From Azolla caroliniana (lineage: Eukaryota > Plantae > Polypodiophyta): a stretch of DNA of 64,000 bases. The stretch's first letter is position 1. Each line of letters begins with the position of its first letter. Below the pieces are notes generated by a model. That model was not told the DNA's origin. It did not search any database and was given only the letters and a program-made list of their open reading frames with translations. The position numbers and the translations under genes were made by a program. This document shows, piece by piece, positions 38,701-52,485 of this stretch. The stretch covers positions 6,696,001-6,760,000 of the forward strand of contig JBHGNT010000006.1 of the NCBI GenBank assembly GCA_043228905.1, written 5' to 3'.

Positions 38701-38870
38701 TGTAATGGTATGTCAATTGATATTTTTAGGTTTGGTTACCTCGTGATAAATCTACACAAAGTTTGTTTGCCAAAGGAACTACTATGCCAAAGAAGCTAAA
38801 GCTCTTTGAAAATCTTAGGGGACCACCTCACTTCGAGTTCAAGGTTTTGGACATCATTCTAGATGTTTAG
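26767..38870 (+). CDS. CFAP206: Cilia- and flagella-associated protein 206 (FAP206/C6orf165 orthologue), 11 exons, ~628 aa
   Basis: Exons 26767-26909, 27388-27493, 28585-28692, 34661-34914, 35033-35387, 35508-35750, 36192-36418, 36763-36886, 37288-37394, 38566-38644 and 38730-38870 join in frame (1887 nt) with GT-AG introns. Collinear with CFAP206 motifs: [17 protein letters not shown]...[29 protein letters not shown]...[38 protein letters not shown]. Confidence 0.88.
28799..29431 (+). repeat. 5' LTR (633 bp)
   Basis: tgttagatataatc...tttctaata, directly followed by the PBS. Confidence 0.95.
29535..33629 (+). pseudogene. Copia gag-pol polyprotein interrupted by a single in-frame TGA (30885-30887)
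   Basis: The two ORFs (29535 and 30918) are in the same frame. Motifs: [67 protein letters not shown]. Confidence 0.93.
33624..34254 (+). repeat. 3' LTR (631 bp)
   Basis: Preceded by the PPT, ends tttctaata and is followed by the TSD actat. Confidence 0.95.
35884..36105. mobile_element. Mutator-like MITE in CFAP206 intron 6
   Basis: Imperfect inverted termini gggaaaaactcc...ggagtttattccc, with internal complementarity (ttcccca/tggggaa, ccccaaa/tttgggg). Confidence 0.55.
36454..36700. mobile_element. Mutator-like MITE in CFAP206 intron 7
   Basis: Inverted termini ttgggaaaaactctatatacccc / ggggtatatatgagtttctcccaa. Same terminal motif as the intron 6 element. Confidence 0.7.
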
Positions 38871-39599
38871 TGTATGTGGATCCACAAGGAAACTTTTTTG
38901 TGTTCAAAGTTTAGGTTCAAAGTTTAGAAATTCCACAAATTAGGTTCAAAGTTTAATACTTCCAATCGATTTACTCCACAAATGTACACTAATTGCTGGG
39001 ACTATTTTGTAGTTTAGCATTATAGGAGGGATGTGAATGATTTCCATTTAGACCTATGTTTGTGATTGTTTTGTTTTGTAGCGAAGGATCAAATGTCCAT
39101 ATCATAGCCAAGGATTGGCATTCAAGTTTACCTTGTATCATGGAAAGGCACTTTAATATATACAACTTTTTTAGACAACGATATGTGTAAGCTTAGACAC
39201 ATTCAAAAACAAATGATTTGAGGATAAATGCATTACCCTTATTTTTCCTAATGTAAAATCCACCACCATCTCTTTGCACAAAACCCTCACATTTTAAATG
39301 TGCTCAATTTTGGAGAATTGAAAGGGGAAACATGTTGAGAATTATGGTGCCATATCTCTTATGGACTTTTCTATGTGTTATCAGAACTTATATTATCTAT
39401 CAAATGCAAGAAGGGTAATGTGTTGTGGTTCTCTTGCATATATGCCCCCTTTGCAATTGGAGATGTGTATGGGGCTTTACAAATTTGACTCTTCAAAAGA
39501 TCGGAGATCTTCATTGCATGAAGGCTGAAATGCTCAAATGGACAGAAAGGGAACATGGCATGGACAAGTGATATGTTTAATCATGCTTTGCTACATGGC

Positions 39600-41441
39600 A
39601 TCTCCTAAATTATACGCTGAATCAAACTTTTACATGAAGATGGAGATATAAATAATTATCTAACAATTAAGGTTGGCTCACGTATGATAAAACTCTTTGG
39701 ATGTATAATGGAATCAAAGGTAAGTGCATCGGTTCGAAAATTGGTAAAGAGGGCTTACACACAAGTTGGCGTCGAAAGCACCATACCACCACCTTTACAA
39801 TATTAATGGAACAAAGTTGTTTTAGAGTTAAGGGTTTATAATGTTGTTTTATAGACTTAAAGAAAGCTTTTGATGTGGTACTTCCTTAGTATCTTTGGAG
39901 GTGCATTGAAGAAATTTAGGGGCCAAGTGTTTGTGTGCTTGCAGTTTCTTGAATCTATGAGAAATTATATACATTTAGATTTTTTTAATGGCATAATTAG
40001 TGTTGAGTAAGGGTCAATAGGTACTATTTCTCACCAAGTCCATTTAGTCTACACATTGATGAATTAGAACATGTGTGTCAAGTTTGTCAAGGAAGAAGAC
40101 ATTGAAGAAGTTGCCATTAGGAATGTTGTCATCATGTTTTATTATATGCATGATATTATGGTGTTTTTTGCAAATACTTTAGAAGATGAACAAAAACTTA
40201 TGAGGGCATTGGAAGAGTTTCACGTATATACAAAGTTGAATGTCAATGACTTTAAAGATAATGATAATGCTTGTGAAGAGCCAAAATAAGGATAAACCAT
40301 GCATTATGTTTAATAATGAGTCACTTGATATTGTGGAAAGCTTTAAATACAGTGGCATTGAAGTTCCCTCAAATTTAGAATGGATATATTGTTTGTCACT
40401 TAGAGGTATGAAAGAGATCGTGCATTTGAGGACATTGGTTTGTGGATAAATAGAGCAAACACATAATGCATTTAAATGTTGGGTCTTTAGGAAATACCTT
40501 TTTGATACTTGATATCAACGCCTCTCTATAGTGTGGCAACATTCCTAATTTTGCCTAGAAAGAGTTTGAAAAGTTTAGAAGTGTTTCTCTAAGTTAAGAA
40601 ACAAATTCTATTCAACCTCCTACATCTTGAGATGAGATCACTTCCCATTAAGATCATGATCATGGAAAGTGTTGTTGAGTTTATGCTTAAGGTTCAAAGT
40701 GTCCCTCACAATGACTTCCTAGAATCTCATGAGAAGTAAGAAAAAGATCTAAAAGACACATAAAAGCAAATGTTTGTGTTATGATTAGAAGCAAGATACT
40801 AAAAAATGGTTTGGAAGAAGGAATACAATAGATTTGCTTCATGATGCATCAATAGATTTCTTTGTGAACAAGGTCATTTGTAACGCTAATGTATCGTGAG
40901 ATGAGGGAAATGTGGTGATTCATACTTCACACATTATACTACATATGTTGCAATTAACTAAAAAACCATATTCTTTGTTGAACGAGGAATATGCAAACAT
41001 CGATATATGGTAGAGCCCATCACATTATTACCCATTCGAACCATTGCTTCCATATAAATAAGTTCACAAAGGTGTTGGGAGTCGGGACATAGGTGATGAG
41101 ACTAGTTGACTATGCAAACTTTGCTCTAATCAAGTTCAAAATTTTAGGTATCACACTTCATACAATGCTCTAGCTTTGATCACATTTGATTATGGTTTCC
41201 CCACACCGTCAAACCAATCCAATCCTTATAGAAATTTCTCACATTTACAATGTGCATTCTCAATTGCAACATTCATTGGTAAAGTTCTTGGACATCAAGA
41301 GTTTGTCTCTCTCTGCTTCAATGTATGAATACCCCTTCTTAGGAAGGAGACCCATATCAAGAACACATGTATACTCTGGTCCCATAGGTCAAAATTGGCC
41401 TCTTTATGGACGATTCTAATTCTAATTCTAATTCTCTCTCT
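39600..41441 (+). mobile_element. Decayed non-LTR retrotransposon, same family as 13190-14291 but longer (includes the RT core)
   Basis: CCFIDLKKAFDVV-like motif at ~39842 and a YxDD-like region at ~40140. From ~40270 it is collinear with the 13190 copy (aagagccaaaa...ccatgcattatg). Ends in a stem-loop, (attcta)3 and (ct)n. 5' boundary approximate. Confidence 0.85.
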
Positions 41442-43070
41442 CTTACACACACACAATCCAACTTAATTTATTCCATTGGATAGAATTGTATCTTTTGGTT
41501 ATTTACGTCAATTGTTATTCACATAGCAAGGATGTTATGAAATGCTCACTCTCGTGATCTACAATTGTATCCTAATTTAGTTATTTCCATCAATTTGCCA
41601 TTCACATAAAAAGGGATGCTATGAAATGTTCACTCTTTGTAATCTATTGGGCGGTGCCCATTATGTATATTGATATTGTACAACCAAGAATGTGTATATG
41701 ATGGTTTGCACAAATTATTCTTCTATGTTTGTATATCATTAACCTTTTTTAAGATCATGCTTCATATTACTTCACATTACTTAAGGAGATAGAGCCAAGG
41801 ATTGCATGATTGTCTGAGAGATTGCTTAAAGAAGAAGAATTAATTGAAATAGAGTTAATTGAAGATTGTATGGTTATATGACATCATATAGTCCATAAAT
41901 CCCATAAGTTTATCCAATTGAGAAATTCGATTAATTGTTAGGCGAATCTAGGAACAAGATAAAATGTCCAAAAGCTCTTTCCTAAATGAAGTAACCTACC
42001 AACAAGGAGTTGATCACACTTTTGCTTCTAAACTACAAAATTGAATAGAGTTTCGATGTGGATGGTCTTTGTTGCAATTCATTATGGAATGATCAATCGA
42101 CTCCACTCCATCCAATATTGGAGAAACATCATGAGTATAAATTCTCATTGAATCCGCCCAAAATATATTTGATCTGGGTGAGGCACAATGTAGGTAATAT
42201 ACTATCTAAAGTATGGATGTAGAGCAAGACCATTTGGATCCTGAATTAGGAAAGAGTGGGTTTGGTGGCAGTATCGACAAAAGGTTTGGGGATCAAATAG
42301 TGGATTACTTGGCACATGTTTGGGCTTCTAAGGATCCCTTGTCTTTACTTTAGGCTTTTTTTTGTGTGTATATCTTTCGTTTATGTTGTGTGCGCTTGTG
42401 AGGTTCTGTGTTAATGTGTACATAAATCTTAGTTTGTTAAACACTTGTAGTTGTAAATCTGTGTGTGACTTTGTGTTTATGTGAGCATATTTTTATATAT
42501 TAGTAGATGTCATGAGTGAAAACAATGTACAATGTGTGAGCCAACAATTCATTGGGTAGTTGAAAGTTTGAAACGTCCAACCCCAATTGGATTTGGTGTC
42601 TTTATTGCACTTATGGGTGTGAGATTAGCATTAGACACCCTTATCATGACGTGGTGGGCCCATAGGTAGAAAATGGATAAAAAGGGGGTTTATCTACAAT
42701 TATTAAAAAATATAAATATTTGAAAAGATAAATGTAATAAAGAAAAAATTGTTAGTTTTGTGGTTAAGGTTATTGATTAAATATAAGATGTATAGAGTCC
42801 GAATCTCTCTTATTGTTTATTAAAGAAATATTATTTTTCTTCGGTAATTTCTTCTTTGCCATCATCATCATCTCCTTCTTCATATTCTTCTTCTCAAGTG
42901 TAGCATCGTTTAGTACCTCGATTCCTATGTTTGCGTCGACTTCGCTTGTTCACGTCGACTCCTTCATTAGCATTGAATTCATCATTCGCCTTGCCATTTT
43001 GCATCATTTACTACGTTTATGTTATCACCATGCAAGGAGAACAATGAACCGGTTTAGGTTGCCCGTGGTT

Positions 43071-43777
43071 CCGCTCGAGTAGCAAACATACACGTGTTTT
43101 TATGCGACACTGCATAGACATTGCCATATTGCTTGGTAGCTAGCTCATTTTCTCTTTGTAAAGTTCCACATTAGCTCACCACTTCACTCTTTGCTTGTTG
43201 CATTGAGTGGTTCCTCATTGTTGATATTGATTTGGTTTGCTTTGGTCCTGCTCGAGTAGCAAATATACACGTGTTTTTATGCGACGCTGCATAGACATTG
43301 CCATATTGCCTAGTAGCTAGGTCATTTTCTTTTTGTGAAGTTCCACATTAGCTCACCACTTCACTCTTTGCTTGTTGCATTGAGTGGTTCCTCATTGTTG
43401 AGATTGATTTGGTTTGCTTTGGTCCCGCTCGAGTAGCAAACAAACACGCGTTTTTATGCGACCCTGCGTAGACATTGCCATATTGCATGGTAGCTAGCTC
43501 ATTTTCTCTTTGCGAAGTTCCACATTAGCTCACCACTTCACTCTTTGCTTGTTGCATTGAGTGGTTCCTCATTGTTGATCTTGATTTGGTTTGCTTTGGT
43601 CCTGCTTGAGTAGCAAAAATACACGCGTTTTTATGCGACACTCCATAGACATTGCCATCTTGCCTGATAGCTAGCTCATTTTCTATTTGCGAAGTTCCAC
43701 ATTAGCTCACCACTTCACTCTTTGCTTGTTGCATTGAGTGGTTCCTCGTTGTTGATCTTGATTTGGTTTGCTTTGGT
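43071..43777. repeat. Tandem array, 4 x 177 bp
   Basis: ct(c/t)gagtagcaaa...gatttggtttgctttggt units start at 43074, 43251, 43428 and 43605, with only scattered substitutions. Confidence 0.95.
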
Positions 43778-43973
43778 TCTCCACTCTACCTCGCCACCTG
43801 TATGTGAATTTCTTCATAATGTTTGGCTAAATTGCATCCAATGTTCTCAAATGAACAAACCATACAACTCTTCGGCTTGAGCATGCCCACACTTAACTTA
43901 TTAGGAGAACCAACCAAGGATTACATAGAAATCTAAATACTAATGGTATTGGAAGTATTGCACGAGTTCTAGG

Positions 43974-45148
43974 TGTGTGATTGTCCCCTGAAGAACAAGT
44001 GGCCCTATAGGGCACTTTTACATTCAACACCTAGCTCCCCAATAAGACTTTCTCAACACAACCTATGTGGTAGAAACAACTACTCTAGATCGGGTATGCC
44101 AACCAAAAGAATTGACCCACCTATTGACTTCGTTTGGCTTCTCACAATAACTATTAGAGGAAGCTTCATTTGGTTCCCCATAGAGAGTAGGCAAGGCTAA
44201 GGTTGCCTCCACACACAACCTTGTCCACGATTGGGCCCCCTCAAAGTCACTACCTCTATTCACACTATTGAAGGGGCCCCCTCTAGCAAATCACTTGCAT
44301 TTCCCCCATAAATGAAAATTAAATATACACCCATCACCAATGACATGGGTAATTTGTACACTCAACTAACTTCAAATGATAGATAGGCGCTCCCAATGAC
44401 ACCATCCAGTGTACCACAAAGTTCTAAGCTATTGCTCCAACGAATGTTCCAAATCACCGTTGACCTACATGAAATCATTTTGGCCTTGGGTAAGTCATCC
44501 ACAAACCCCATGCCATAACAAGTTGTCCATGCATACACGTTGAGGACAAACCTTGGATTTTCTGAGGTTGACTTTTAACCTAGCTACAATTCTATATGTA
44601 TGCAAAGTGTCCCCAATGATCCACATATTGTGTTGTATAGGCCCCAATTGAGAAATTGAATGCATGTAAACTTAGGAAAAGACCAACTTGAACAAAATTA
44701 TGTTTAGTGTAAAGGCATGCAAGAGTGCACTTAGTGGATATAACTTTGTCTTATTGATTATAATAATGTCCATACATCTATGAAATATTTATCAAGAATG
44801 CATGCCATTGAGTTATCTTGGTATGTCCAATGGATGGCCTTCAACATTTCACGTCGAAAGTCCTGACTTCCAATCACATAATTGTCGATTGTATAAGGTT
44901 CCATTTCATGGTGTCAAAAAGACATTTCTATATAAATTTGCATAGTCAATATAATCTTGATATGTGTATCTTGCATAATCCAATCCAAGCATTTGCAAAC
45001 ATTCTTAGTGATATGTATATGAAGCGTCGATAAATCTCTATCAGATCATTCACATGGACTCCTTTCCATGGTGGTTCCTTGATTCTACTTGGCTTTAGCA
45101 TTTTGGCCACTAGCTTGTAAAACGAGAGGCGTCATGTTGGGCATTACA
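43974..45148 (-). mobile_element. Possible Gypsy-type LTR remnant
   Basis: Read antisense it begins tgtaatgccc and ends ggggacaatcacaca (TG...CA). Non-coding and TE-like, but no TSD seen. Confidence 0.3.
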
Positions 45149-45389
45149 AAAAACGAATATATGAACATGATGGGCGTAGTGAGGATTTGTGATCATGCGA
45201 GCTTGTTTGTTAAGTATGATGGTTAACCTCATAACCAGCTTAATTTAGCGTCTTAATCTTAGTTTTTCCTTAAATCAGCAAAGAGAAAGAGGTAATACAC
45301 AATTAATTATGAAGCAGAGGATTGGATCGGATGGATTAGGATAGGATTTCTTTATTTTTTGAAACAATTTGCGGGAAAACAATGAATGT

Positions 45390-45980
45390 TTCCTCATTCA
45401 TTCAATTCCCCTGTTTCTTCAATCCTCCCTTTCTTCTCTGTTTCTTCTTCTTCTTACTTAATTCCTCTGTTTCTTCATCTTCATTTCGTTCCTCTGTTTT
45501 TCTTCATCCTCCTCCTTATTAATTCCTCTGTCTCTTGTTCTTCTTCTTCTTTTGCTTCCTCTGTTTCTTCTTCTTCTTCTTCTTACTTCTGGCTTCCTCT
45601 GTTTCTTCTTCTTACTTCCTCTGTTTTTTTCTTCTTCTTGTTTCTTGCTTCCTCTGCTTATTAATTACTGGCACTCCTCCTCCTCCTCCTTCCTAATTCC
45701 TCTTTTCTTATTCTTGTTATTAATTCCTCTGTTTCTTCTGCTTCTTCCTAATTCCTCTGTTTCTTCTTCTTCTTCTTCTTCTTAATTCCTCAATTTCTTC
45801 TGCTTCCTCTTCTTCTTCGTTCATTTCATTCTCCCGTCTCTTTTTTCATTCAGTTTTATTCCTCTGTTTCTTCTTTTTCTTCTTCGTTCATTTCATTCTT
45901 CTGTCGCTTCTTCTTATTTTTTCATTCTTCTCCTAAAGATACTCATGGAGGAGCTTCCTTTCTTCCTTCCTTTTCCGCAG
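45390..45980 (+). repeat. Pyrimidine-rich low-complexity tract (ttcctctgtttcttc repeats), probably a 5'-UTR intron of the WAP gene
   Basis: Repeated (aa)ttcctctgtttcttc units ending in the acceptor-like ttttccgcag at 45980. Confidence 0.6.
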
Positions 45981-46064
45981 AGAAGCCTCGACACCCCTGC
46001 ATACTCTGTGAACTCACTCTTGGCATAGAAGAAGGGTCGAATCCTACAAATCCTGTGAAAAAAC

Positions 46065-49000
46065 ATGTCTGATTATCACGAAGACACGGATGAGACTACT
46101 AACTTTATCGAGAGCATGGATATAGCGTCTCTAACTGGAATTGAGAGCATCATCGAGACTTTACAGGAGCCATTTGAGGATATGGAAAGAAGAATCTTGA
46201 TCTCGAGCATGGTCCAGGATGCAGTCTGTAGAGGCTTCCTTAAGGCTATGGAAGAAGATTTCTCTGCTCAGCTTTCGGAAAAAGACGCAGTAATAAGGCT
46301 TCTGGAAGGAAGGATGGAAGAGAAAGACAAGGAGATCTCGAACCTCACCAAGGGTTTAAAAGCCACAGGAAACTGGGCAGAAGGAAATGACAATCTTTCT
46401 TCATTCGGTCAATTTAATTCAGTTTCTGTTGAATCTTTGGAACTGAAGTTGCGAGAAAGAGAAGAAGAGATTTCAAAGAAAAATATGGAGCTGGAGTGTT
46501 TGGCTTCTCGTATCACACAAACTTCTTCTGTTCTCAACTATGAGTGTGAACGAGCTTTGCTTCTAGAAAATCAATTAAATTCTTTGAAAGAACATAGGAG
46601 AAAGAAAAGCCAGGAAATCTTCTCGCTTTTGCACTGTGAGAGCAAAAGGGATGCACTTCTTGAGATGCAATCAACAACGCAAGAAATGGAGCAAGAAATG
46701 CGAACGCCATATCTAAAACAACATATAGAGCTTGAGAATATAGTTGTCGATGAAACCATTGCTACTCATGTGAAAGAGTTAGACTGGAAAGCTGATGTAG
46801 AATCGTTGGTCATTGGGGTTCTTCTAGAAGGTTGGTACCGACAAGTAACCAAGTTACTACAGACCTTGCAAGTTGGATTGACACAGAAAGATCAAAGAAT
46901 ACTCTACTGCGAGAAGATGTTGATCACTCTCAAACAGACTATAGAACTTCTACAGAATGATACAATTGATAGGGCTGGAGGTTCGTGGATGGATTATTCT
47001 AGTAGACCAATATCAACGGATGTGAACGACTACAGTAGACTATCTGGAATGAAGAAAGAAGAGGAAAGCCTAGAGTTAGAACTAAAAGAAATCATGAATG
47101 ATGAGCTACAATATGCACCAGAGTTTGACACTCTTCTGGAAGCACTCATCAGAAGCATCAATAACATTCAAGACACCCAAAAACTTGAAATTGAGCAGCA
47201 ATTTGCAAGAGAGAAGCTTCAGCATGAGTTGGAGCTTGATATCATCTCAGTAGTTTTTGCACAGGAATTCCATGATGCACTCCATATAGGAGATTCAACA
47301 AAACACTTGTATAGTAATGATGACAGGGGTGAGAAGACCATCTCTAACAACTTTGAAGATCTGGAGGCGCAGCTTGAATCTTTCCTAGAACTGGAAGCTA
47401 GTAAACTAGAGATGATAAAATCTGGATGTTCTACATCTATTGCTAGGTGTGAATTCAAGCTGGAAACGTTGATGGAAAACCTAGCACATCAGGTTAATGA
47501 GATGAGGACAAAGATTTCTTTTGTACAAGAGGCTGTCAAGCAGCAGGAATGGAAACACATGGTCGAGCAGGATATTCTCATAACCATTATTGGGGATACG
47601 GTTTCAGAGATGAACAGGAAACTGTATATAAAGGATACTTTTGTCTCAACAGAACTTGCAGAAGAGGAGATATTTGGCAAGAATCTAGATTCTCCATTGT
47701 TAATTCGGAACAAGGATAAACTTATATGTTTATTGAAAGATAATATAGATGAGCTAAGGAAGGAAAAGGCAATCATAGAACAAAAGCTGGATGGAAGAAC
47801 AGAGGAGCTCTATAGTTTGAAGAGGCAGTTTTGGAAAGAAAGAGAATTTTGGGTTTCCAGATTATCACCGCCACTGATAAAAGAGTTTGAAGCCCAAGTT
47901 GAAGATCTACCAAAGCATTCATCAGGTCTCTTGGATTTAGAGGAGGAGTATATGAATCTGGAAAGGATTCGATATGATTCTCTTGTAGCTGAGCTGAGGA
48001 AAGAGTGGCTTGCCGAGAAGGAAGGTCTGCTTCAGGCAATGGTAGAAAAAGAAGCTGAAATAGGAAGAATAAAAATGCAACTCATTGAGAACGACACAAA
48101 CAGTGCCACAGTCACTGCTGCAAACCTTTTTGCACGCATGGCTGACCTAAGTGTTCAGGTAGATACCCTGTCTAATGAAAAAATGAAGAAAGACTTCGAT
48201 TTTACCAAGCGAGAGAAAGAGTGGCATGAGGAAAAAAGATCCATTCAAGGAGAGGTTGATCAATTATTAAAACAACAACAGAGCTATGCTGCTAGAGAAC
48301 ATAAATTATTAGATAAAATTGCTGAACTCGAGAATGAAGTAAAAAGCTTACAGTTCACAATGCTAGATCAGCAGTCCCTCGTGAAATTCAAAGAAGAATG
48401 GGATGCAGAGAGGGAATATTTGCTGAGAAAGGTTTTGGATGGAGAAGATATGATGTCAAGGTTAGCTTTACTTTCTCAAAGGGAGGAGGCCAGTGTAAAA
48501 CAAATCAATCAACTGGTGAGTGAAAGAGATCAATTGAGAGCAGAGCAACAGCAGATGGAGACAATTCTTGCGTCTTTTACAGAAGAGAGAGCAGTTGCTA
48601 ATGCTCAGGTGATCAAGGAAAGAACAGAGGAAGAACAAAAGAGGAAGTTATTGGAATCAGAATTGACAGAAGTAAAACTTGAATTACAAAAATTACAAGG
48701 TCTAAATGCTGAATGCACAGACAACAGAGCTCACTTTAACTCAGAGATAATTTCTGAAGAGCAGATTAATGTTATATCATTGCAAGCATTACATGAATTA
48801 AGACAGAAGGTTATTCATACAATCGAAGCAAAATCTGATAGGTACAGAAAATCCAATATGCTACCCACCGTAACAAACAAGACATTTATTTACCTGTAGA
48901 AGTTTATCTGGATTTTCTGTTGTTTGCTTTTAATAGGTATGAGACATATATATGAACTGGGTATTCTCGGATTGAACCAGAGAACTCGCCCATGAAGTTA

Positions 49001-50481
49001 ATATTTGCATGTACAATACTGCATGCTTCTTTCCTGTGAATGAAAAGCCGAGTCTTTTAACTCAGACAGTTTTGCCCTAAGCTTTTATGCTTGCTGTCCC
49101 GAAGATATGTTGTTATGTTAGCTTCACTATTTTAAAAAGCATTTGATGTTTTCAATTGTATCTGCATTAATTAACAGCCACAGTCAAGTTTTGTTTAGTC
49201 AGTAGAATGTTCTTAGATCCATCCATTATAAATATAAATTACTTTATGTTTCATTCTGTGTCTAGATCCACTTGAAGTTACCAATCATAACAAAATGGTG
49301 TTTCCATGGAGTACAAATGTTCTTGATTTCTTCTTGTCTTGTCTTTTAGTATTTTCCATCATGAACATAAGAACTAATCCCTCTTGTTTTGCAAGCCTCT
49401 TCCAATCTAGGGCGTCCTCCAACCCCATCATAGAGTTTGCCTTATAGTTGGTCTGTGATTGGCTGCATTGCTTATTCAGGATTACTTTGAAGACTGTTTT
49501 CTCTAAATGCTGCATTTCAGCTCTGTTTTTTAGTTAGTTTTGACTTGCAGAGTATTATTGTTTTGGGAAATGATTTGCTTTGATCATCCCGCATTTATCG
49601 GAGACCATTTACTTGCTTTTTATAGAGCTAATAATGTTTCATTGATGACACTTTCTGGTTGTTTGCAGATTGGAAAGCATTGATGCTATATGCCAGATAG
49701 TCAAGGGAAACTTGAAATCATTCTCTTGCAAGGAAGCACAATACAAACAGAAACTTGCCAAGGAACTCTATAATTTACAAAAGGCTGAGACAGAGGTCCG
49801 ACAACATTTGCTGCTCATATTCCAATATTATATTTAGGAATTATTATATATTGTAGAGTTGTCATTAAAATGTTGTAATAATATATGGCTCATTTCCATG
49901 GTTATGTCTAGATGGAGTAAGTTCCACCGTTTTACCCAACTATTGTATGATTATTTTGCAGGTGGATTTGCTTGCAGATGAAGTTGAATCTCTTCTGGTA
50001 ATTCTTGAAGAAGTACAAATGGTTTTTGATCTTTATGCACCGATTCTTCAACATTATCCGAAGGTGACTTTTATGCACCAAATGAAGTGGCTCGTAATTT
50101 TATTTTTAGTTTAAATTTTTTTATGAATGCATAGTAACTTACCCACCATTTCTCTTCATGATCAAGTATACAGTGTGATTCATATCTTAATTTTTACTTC
50201 ATGTATAACAGAGACATTAGGGTAGTTCATATAGTACTATATGCATATAAAGCATTAGTTTGGGCATCAGTTATATGAGTTTATGTGCGTTCTAGATTTT
50301 TTTAAACAGTTTTTCCAATCTAAGCTTCCTTTCGAAATTACTGGAAAATTCAGGGAATATGCTCATATTTTTGTATATGTTGAACTCATTTTGATTAAAT
50401 TCGTAATGGCAGATGGCAGAGATTGCAGCAATAGTAAAAAAGGAAGTTCAGCTTCGTATCGATCCCAAATATGGAGCATAG
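46065..50481 (+). CDS. WPP domain-associated protein (WAP)-like long coiled-coil protein, 4 exons, ~1024 aa
   Basis: Exons 46065-48841, 49669-49795, 49962-50063 and 50413-50481 join in frame. N-terminal ILISSMVQDAVCRG...EKD and C-terminal LQKAETEVDLLADEVESLL...YAPILQHYP match remembered WAP motifs. Confidence 0.85.
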
Positions 50482-52485
50482 GTCATTCCTGCTCGAGGGT
50501 TTCGAAATTTTGTACATTTTTTCTTTTTGTTGTCTGCACTAAACAAATTCCAGAGGAAGCAGAATCTGGTGTTTCACATATTGCTTCATTTATGAGGAGT
50601 TTCCACATGATCCTTCATATACTCCTCCATCAGCATAATACCATCTGTGTTATTTGTTCTTATATGTTCTTGATTACAACATCTAAAGAAACCCGAGATT
50701 TGAAGACATTGGTGTCCTTAATGTAAAATGTAGATAATGCTATTTTTTTCGGTATTCGGACCATTCATGTCCATTTTGAGTTTGTGGAAGACATCATGTT
50801 GTGTGGTTATAAGGTAAACCAATGGTTGACCAAGGGTTATGATGAAATATCTCAAGAATGACGATTTAAAGGATGTTCGTTGGTCATGCAAAGCTTTTTT
50901 TGAGACTTACTGATATGGCTCCTGCCTGGAATACAAAGGCAGAAACCATTGCTGGCTATATTGAAGAAAAATAATGTTTTTATATGGAAGGTGAACGGGA
51001 AAAGAGCTAAGCTCCAACAGGTTGTTATGTCTACTATCCTTATTTCTTGCTAATGTTAATGGTAATGATATGAATCATAGTATGAACCATATGTACCATA
51101 CGTGCAGGGTACCATTCGTGAATGTCTCAATCATTTGAGTATGGTGAACACCCTCGAAGTATGGTAAATACCATACTTTTGGATTAACTATTTATTATGA
51201 GGTAAATAAACCAAAAAAAGCAAAAAAAAACACAAGAATGTTTGAATAACATTCACGTTTGTTTTCCAATGTAGGAAAATGAATGTTATGCTAGACGAAC
51301 ACGAATTTTACGTACTATGATATGAATGGTTTGGTGTAAAGGAGTTGTGTTGTCATCGACCATCCTTTGATTGGAAGAGCAATAGTATGAATCTGATTTC
51401 GTAGAAGTGTCTCAAATTGCTTGCCTAAAAGTTTTTTAGCCCAACATAAACCCCATAGAAGCTCAGATCGTTGTTGCTTCCTTCCACCTGTTCATTCTTG
51501 CAATAACTTCGTCAAGACCCTCCACCCTTGGGCATTGGAATACATAATCTCTTTAAGTGGCAATTGAGTCATTGCGATTTCCAATGTTTTGTAGCAATAA
51601 GCTGAAATATTCTTTTTATATTATGGTGAGTTACAAAGTTTTAGGTAGTAATAATGTTGGATTTCAATTAACCACCACTTAAGCGTATACCTAATTGAAC
51701 CCAAATCTAGTATGAGAAAATTGTGATGGTGCCACTCTTACAATTTGTTCTACAAGAGGATATATGTATCGAGTACTTCAACCTATAATCTATAGGCCGA
51801 TCAACAACCCAAACCTTTGGGCTTGAAGAGTGTGGCATTGGACGAAGCTAATTTAAAAACATCCATCAAAGATGGATGTATTAGACTTGGGGATTTTTTC
51901 ACCCAAAATGAAGTCTACCGAAATGACTTGTCCATTGGAACTTCTACGAACTAAAAGAATTGAAAATGGTTTGTCGGTCACTACACAAGTTCATCAACTG
52001 AAACTTTATTCTCGTACGGAAATGTATTACTTTAGAGAAGCAAAGTTCCAAAGGTTGACCTAAATGTGCCGAACAATACGGGAGACACCATTACTTTTAT
52101 TTGTTCTATATTTCTTTAAAGGAAAAGTTTGGCTGTTACAAAATTTAAAGAGCAGGCTCATTACACATGTGTGGTATAGAGATATTGTGTCCATGTAAGA
52201 AGAGTCGGGGAAATGCTATTACGATTGACTTCTCTAATAATTATAACATCCACGCTATAAGTTGTTGAATGAAAATACATCTTACCTTATGCATAACCAT
52301 ATCCCGTTATCAATACTATCCAAACAATGGTTGAAGGAGTGGGCAACATTAGGAGCCCAATGCATAACCTTGTTGATGATGTTCTTGTTTCTGAGCCCAA
52401 CCATGGGTTGAATGAAGGAGTGGTGGCCATCCCAAGATGGATGGGCACATATTGTTCTCTTGTCTATGGACAATGTTTTGGTTCA

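Noticed and set aside
43071-43777. CRISPR array or hammerhead-ribozyme (retrozyme) repeats
   Set aside because: Units are contiguous with no unique spacers, the context is eukaryotic, and no CUGANGA...GAAA core was seen in a hammerhead arrangement.
45386-45785. Hydrophobic F/L/S-rich ORFs resembling membrane proteins
   Set aside because: Translations of a pyrimidine-rich low-complexity tract.
50283-50726. 147-aa ORF
   Set aside because: Overlaps the last intron, last exon (in another frame) and 3' UTR of the WAP gene; no recognisable motifs.
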